A stretch of DNA of 56,762 nt, the filler included, from an uncultured virus (IMG/VR IMGVR_UViG_2049941000_000078) (Duplodnaviria > Heunggongvirae > Uroviricota > Caudoviricetes). It is 17 parts of one record of this genome, joined end to end, with 100 filler letters (N's around TTAATTAATTAA, not from the genome) between each part and the next. Parts side by side here need not be neighbours in the genome. Positions count along the whole stretch, not along the records: positions 52,770 to 56,762 come from IMGVR_UViG_2049941000_000078; 16 more parts are not named here. One strand, 5' to 3'. Every line of letters begins with the position of its first letter. The first letter of the stretch is position 1. The notes beneath the pieces are model-generated. The model worked only from the letters and a program-made list of their open reading frames with translations, ran no database searches and had not been told where the DNA came from. The position numbers were made by a program, and so were the translations under genes. Positions 53,149 through 56,762 of the stretch are shown in pieces.

Positions 53149-53934
53149 ATGAAGCAAACAAGATTCACCCCGATTGAGACCTGCGGCCTGCAAGTACGCG
53201 AGCCACAGGAAGGACAGACAGAGAGCCGCACCATTGAGGGCACTCCAATCGTATTTGGCGTGCGCAGCGTGAACCTCACACCTTGGAGCGACACTCGCGA
53301 AGTCTATGAGGTATTGGAGCCGGGATGTATCACAAACGATCTCTTGCAGCGGTCAGATGTGATTCTTAATCTTAACCACTCCAATATGGTACCCGACGTG
53401 CTGGGGCGTTGTCGTGACGGCAAAGGTACTCTCTCTCTCGAACTTCGGGAGAACAAGATAGGTTGCCGCTGCGAACTGCCACGCACTAACAACGCAGATG
53501 ACGCTCTGGAACTAATGCGCCGTGGCGACATCACTGGTATGAGCTTCGCGTTTACTGATGACTACCAGGATAGCGAGAATGGTGTGTCGTATGAGCGTAC
53601 CGACGAGAAGACCGAGGACGGCAAGGAAGTATGGCTGCGCCATGTAAAGCGCATCACTGGCCTCTATGACGTTGCCATCGTGACCCATCCAGCCTACGAG
53701 CAGACATCAGTAGGTACACGTGAGGCCAGCGACGAGATCGAAAAGGCTATAGACGAGCAGCTGAAGCGCGAGGTCGGACATCAGGAAACCGACGATGAGC
53801 GAGAAGCCCGCGAGGCCAAGGAGCGTGAGGATCGCGAACTCGAAGAGCAGGCTGAGAAGGCACGCGTGATGCAGATGCACCGTCTGCGTAGTCAGCGACG
53901 CCACATCATTGAGAATGTGATTAATAAATTATAG
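53149..53934 (+). CDS. HK97-type prohead protease
   Basis: LNH, RRGDITGMSFAF, LYDVAIVTHPAY. Confidence 0.92.
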   Translation: MKQTRFTPIETCGLQVREPQEGQTESRTIEGTPIVFGVRSVNLTPWSDTREVYEVLEPGCITNDLLQRSDVILNLNHSNMVPDVLGRCRDGKGTLSLELRENKIGCRCELPRTNNADDALELMRRGDITGMSFAFTDDYQDSENGVSYERTDEKTEDGKEVWLRHVKRITGLYDVAIVTHPAYEQTSVGTREASDEIEKAIDEQLKREVGHQETDDEREAREAKEREDRELEEQAEKARVMQMHRLRSQRRHIIENVINKL

Positions 53935-53957
53935 TTTAACTTAAAATTTTAAGCGTT

Positions 53958-55205
53958 ATGAAAAAGGATTTGACCTATTGCCAGAACCGCCATCACGAGA
54001 TTCTGGTGGAGCTCGACAAGATGGACGAGCTCATCGAGAGAGAGAACCGCGCCTTCACTAAAGAGGAGGTGGAGAAGTACGAATCCCTGATGCGTGAGGA
54101 CAATCGTCTGAACGGCATCATCGAGGGAATGCTGACCGGGAAAAAGCTGGAGGAGCACCGCGAGCGCAAGGCTAAGAGCCAGATTCTGCGCGAGCTCTTC
54201 ATAAAGTGCCGCGAGGACAAGGTTGCTCTGGCCGAGGATATGCACGATCGTGAGGCTGCCAACAGCACCACCATCCTGCTGAACCCTGCCGCTGGTAATA
54301 CCAAGGCCAACATCGAGGCATCTGGTGCAATCCCCCTCACCATCCACGAGCTCATCGATACCAAGGTTCCTGGTCTGGAACTCCCTGGCGATCTGAAGCT
54401 GCTGACTGGCGTGACTGGTAATCAGGTATGGCCATATGCCATCGACGACGTAGAGTTCACCGTTGCAGGTGAGGTAGAGAAGATTGGCGAGCAGAACCTC
54501 AGTTTCGCTAACCTGACCGCTAACCCCGAGCACGTTGCTGCCGCTCTCGCTATCTCTAACAACGCCATTGACAATTCCGACTTCGACCTGTACTCGTTCT
54601 GCCAGTACAAGATGACTAAGGGCCTGGCCAAGTTCAAGGCTCTGTACATCTACAGCCACTGTGCATTCGAGCACAACCTGAAGCCTATCTTCTCGATGGT
54701 TGACGTTGAGGAGATCACTCTGGATGAGAACTTCGGCAAGAACCTCGCCCTGAAGATCGCTGAGATGTGGGACAAGGGTTTCGAGGGCGACCCCTGGCTG
54801 ACCTTCGACAAGACCATGGAGACCGAGATGATGTTCCAGCGTCGTCTGCCTGGTCAGATCGGCGACCGCACCGTCATTCAGGATGGAAAGTGCCTTGGTC
54901 ACTCTTACACCATCAGCCCATTCATCAACTATGCTCTGGATGGCAATGGTGTTCCAAAGCCCGACGGCAACCACTACATCGGTATTGGTCACTGGGGATA
55001 CTGCGCCTTCCAGCAGCATGGAGTATTTAGAGCTACGGTCGATGCAACTTCTGCCGAAGTCGCAAAGCGTAATACCACCGTGCTCACTGTCTCAACGAAT
55101 TTCTCAATTTCAGAATTGAGTAAGCTCGTCAACGGCAAGAACGGAAAGCCTCAGGCATTTAAGTTGCTGAAGGTTGTGCCATCTGCCTCAAGCTCTGAAA
55201 TCTAA
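53958..55205 (+). CDS. Major capsid protein (HK97 fold with delta domain)
   Basis: Follows the protease; coiled-coil N-terminus; AGEVEKI, CLGHSY. Confidence 0.88.
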   Translation: MKKDLTYCQNRHHEILVELDKMDELIERENRAFTKEEVEKYESLMREDNRLNGIIEGMLTGKKLEEHRERKAKSQILRELFIKCREDKVALAEDMHDREAANSTTILLNPAAGNTKANIEASGAIPLTIHELIDTKVPGLELPGDLKLLTGVTGNQVWPYAIDDVEFTVAGEVEKIGEQNLSFANLTANPEHVAAALAISNNAIDNSDFDLYSFCQYKMTKGLAKFKALYIYSHCAFEHNLKPIFSMVDVEEITLDENFGKNLALKIAEMWDKGFEGDPWLTFDKTMETEMMFQRRLPGQIGDRTVIQDGKCLGHSYTISPFINYALDGNGVPKPDGNHYIGIGHWGYCAFQQHGVFRATVDATSAEVAKRNTTVLTVSTNFSISELSKLVNGKNGKPQAFKLLKVVPSASSSEI

Positions 55206-55338
55206 AATCTCTCATGGTTCCTCCTTCTGGGTTTCAACCCCGACGGGCTGCTCCGATGCGCAGCAAAGGTTGTCAACCCGTCGGCTCCCCAGAATGGTTG
55301 GAAATAATATGTAAGTATTCACCACAAATCGCACGGAT

Positions 55339-55785
55339 ATGCAAGAACTCGACGAGATCATCTACGCGGCCCTGACTGCAAATACGGCACTCATGACGGA
55401 AGTAGGCGGACACATTAAGTCTACCTGTTTCGAGGTGCCTCCGACCAGCGAGGACAATGTGCCGCTGCCTTACATTATCGTTACCGACGATCCTTGGCAA
55501 AACGAGCAGGAATCGAAGGACGATGAATGGGAGAGTGACAGCGACATTGTGCAGGCCAGCGTGATTATCAATGCTAAGAGCCCAAAGGACGTGAAACGCC
55601 TGCGCAGGCAAATCCGCCACATCATCGCCGAGTATGTCGAAGATATGGAGTATGAAGCAAGACCAGAGCTCCGATCGTTGTCTAACGAAGGAATCTCATG
55701 GGACTGGACGAAGCCATGCTACTTCGATACATTGCATTATCAATGTGAGATTTACTTAAACATCGAAGACAATGAGCAAGATTAG
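55339..55785 (+). CDS. Tail completion/terminator-like protein
   Basis: LPYIIVTD; between capsid and tail tube start (55772). Confidence 0.65.
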   Translation: MQELDEIIYAALTANTALMTEVGGHIKSTCFEVPPTSEDNVPLPYIIVTDDPWQNEQESKDDEWESDSDIVQASVIINAKSPKDVKRLRRQIRHIIAEYVEDMEYEARPELRSLSNEGISWDWTKPCYFDTLHYQCEIYLNIEDNEQD

Positions 55786-55843
55786 AGGCCAGCACTTCAG
55801 ACTATTCGTTGATTCAGCGGCAGTCCCTGAGGANNNNNNNNNN

Positions 55844-56171
55844 TCTCTTCCACGACGGTGCGATTGTGCTCGCCCTCCATGAGACAGATTCGCCAAAAAA
55901 GCAGCTGGTTGGTCACGTAACCCTCCATATCGTTCACAGAGTTCGCGCCGGTGTTCAGTGCATCGGCCGGAGTCAGGACGAGTGCTGATCCGCTGATGTC
56001 GTATGTCTGACCCGTCACCTCATACTCCAGAGCATCGCCCGTGGTGTCCTTGGTTGAGCTCTGCTCAGTCTGAGCCGATCCGTGGAGCGACATCGTTTTG
56101 GCGGCTGCAATCACCTTCGATGGATTGGCCGCTGCTGCCAGAAGCAGTCGATAGTATTGTCCTCTTTTCAT
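55844..56171 (-). CDS. Tail tube protein paralog, partial (inverted fragment)
   Basis: RGQYYRL, SSTKDT. Confidence 0.7.
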
Positions 56172-56174
56172 AGC

Positions 56175-56570
56175 TTAACTGAGGGCTCCTGTACCCTGGA
56201 ACTGAAGTGAAACATTGACGGCCGTTCTGTCGTCGAACTGCATGGAGAAGTCGTTAAGCAGAGCCTGACCGCTTCGCTTGAAGTTGGCATTCTGAGCCAC
56301 GCGGTTCTGAGAACCTGCGGTCTGATCCCAACCTACGGCAACGGGTGCGGCGGCATTGAACGTGGTGAGGATGGCGCGAAGCTGCGATGGTTCAGCCTGA
56401 TAACTATCCACCTGTGCGCTCCATGCAGTCGATACCACATCTTCTTTTGCATACAGACCTTCTGTGTCTTTCGAGCTTGTGTCCTCCGTATTGCCAGACA
56501 GCGTGATGCTGACGTTGGTTTCCTCAGGGACTGCCGCTGAATCAACGAATAGTCTGAAGTGCTGGCCTCT
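56175..56570 (-). CDS. Tail tube protein (inverted fragment; start at 55772 on plus)
   Basis: RGQHFRL, DTSSKD, FQGTGALS. Confidence 0.75.
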   Translation of the reverse strand, partial: RGQHFRLFVDSAAVPEETNVSITLSGNTEDTSSKDTEGLYAKEDVVSTAWSAQVDSYQAEPSQLRAILTTFNAAAPVAVGWDQTAGSQNRVAQNANFKRSGQALLNDFSMQFDDRTAVNVSLQFQGTGALS

Positions 56571-56762
56571 NNNNNNNNNNCTCCTCAGGGACTGCCGCTG
56601 AATCAACGAATAGTCTGAAGTGCTGGCCTCTNNNNNNNNNNGGTGAGTTCCACGTTTGCGCTCGTTGCTCTGTCGGCAGCAGTCTCTACGTANNNNNNNN
56701 NNTGTTTTGTTCCATATTATTGGGGTTTATTTTTTCTTCATGATCTTCGCCCTCATCTGAAT

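Noticed and set aside
55844..56762. Inverted tail genes as an invertible (shufflon-like) segment
   Set aside because: Bounded by N joins, overlaps the plus-strand start at 55772-55833, and no inverted repeats or invertase are visible; a misoriented contig.

Overview
Heavily gapped pseudo-scaffold of a temperate, HK97-fold siphovirus-like phage of Bacteroidetes (Prevotella-like host inferred from TAnnTTTG promoters and gene content). Sixteen N-flanked TTAATTAATTAA linkers and many 10-N joins show that contigs were concatenated, several out of order, and that at least two or three related phage variants are mixed. Gene order across any N run is therefore unreliable. Recognisable modules are terminase, portal, protease, capsid, head-tail and tail genes, lysis, replication (AAA ATPase, primase-like, SSB-like) and a repressor/cro-like switch. 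Main points of interest: (1) a diversity-generating retroelement (RT, AAY-rich template repeat split over two swapped fragments, MutS-I-like accessory gene instead of Avd, tail-fibre-like target whose variable repeat is lost in a gap); (2) a C5 methyltransferase whose motif IX is encoded by a nested gene in the +1 frame; (3) a methylation cluster of four MTases, a MetK-like gene and a radical SAM gene, the last seen as both filled and empty alleles of an apparent gene cassette; (4) a fixed-spacing GTAAACC-N18-GWWWAG motif, mostly ahead of virion genes; (5) two tRNA-like cloverleafs with non-canonical anticodon arms; (6) a two-domain glycosyltransferase. All product calls come from visual motif recognition, not database searches.
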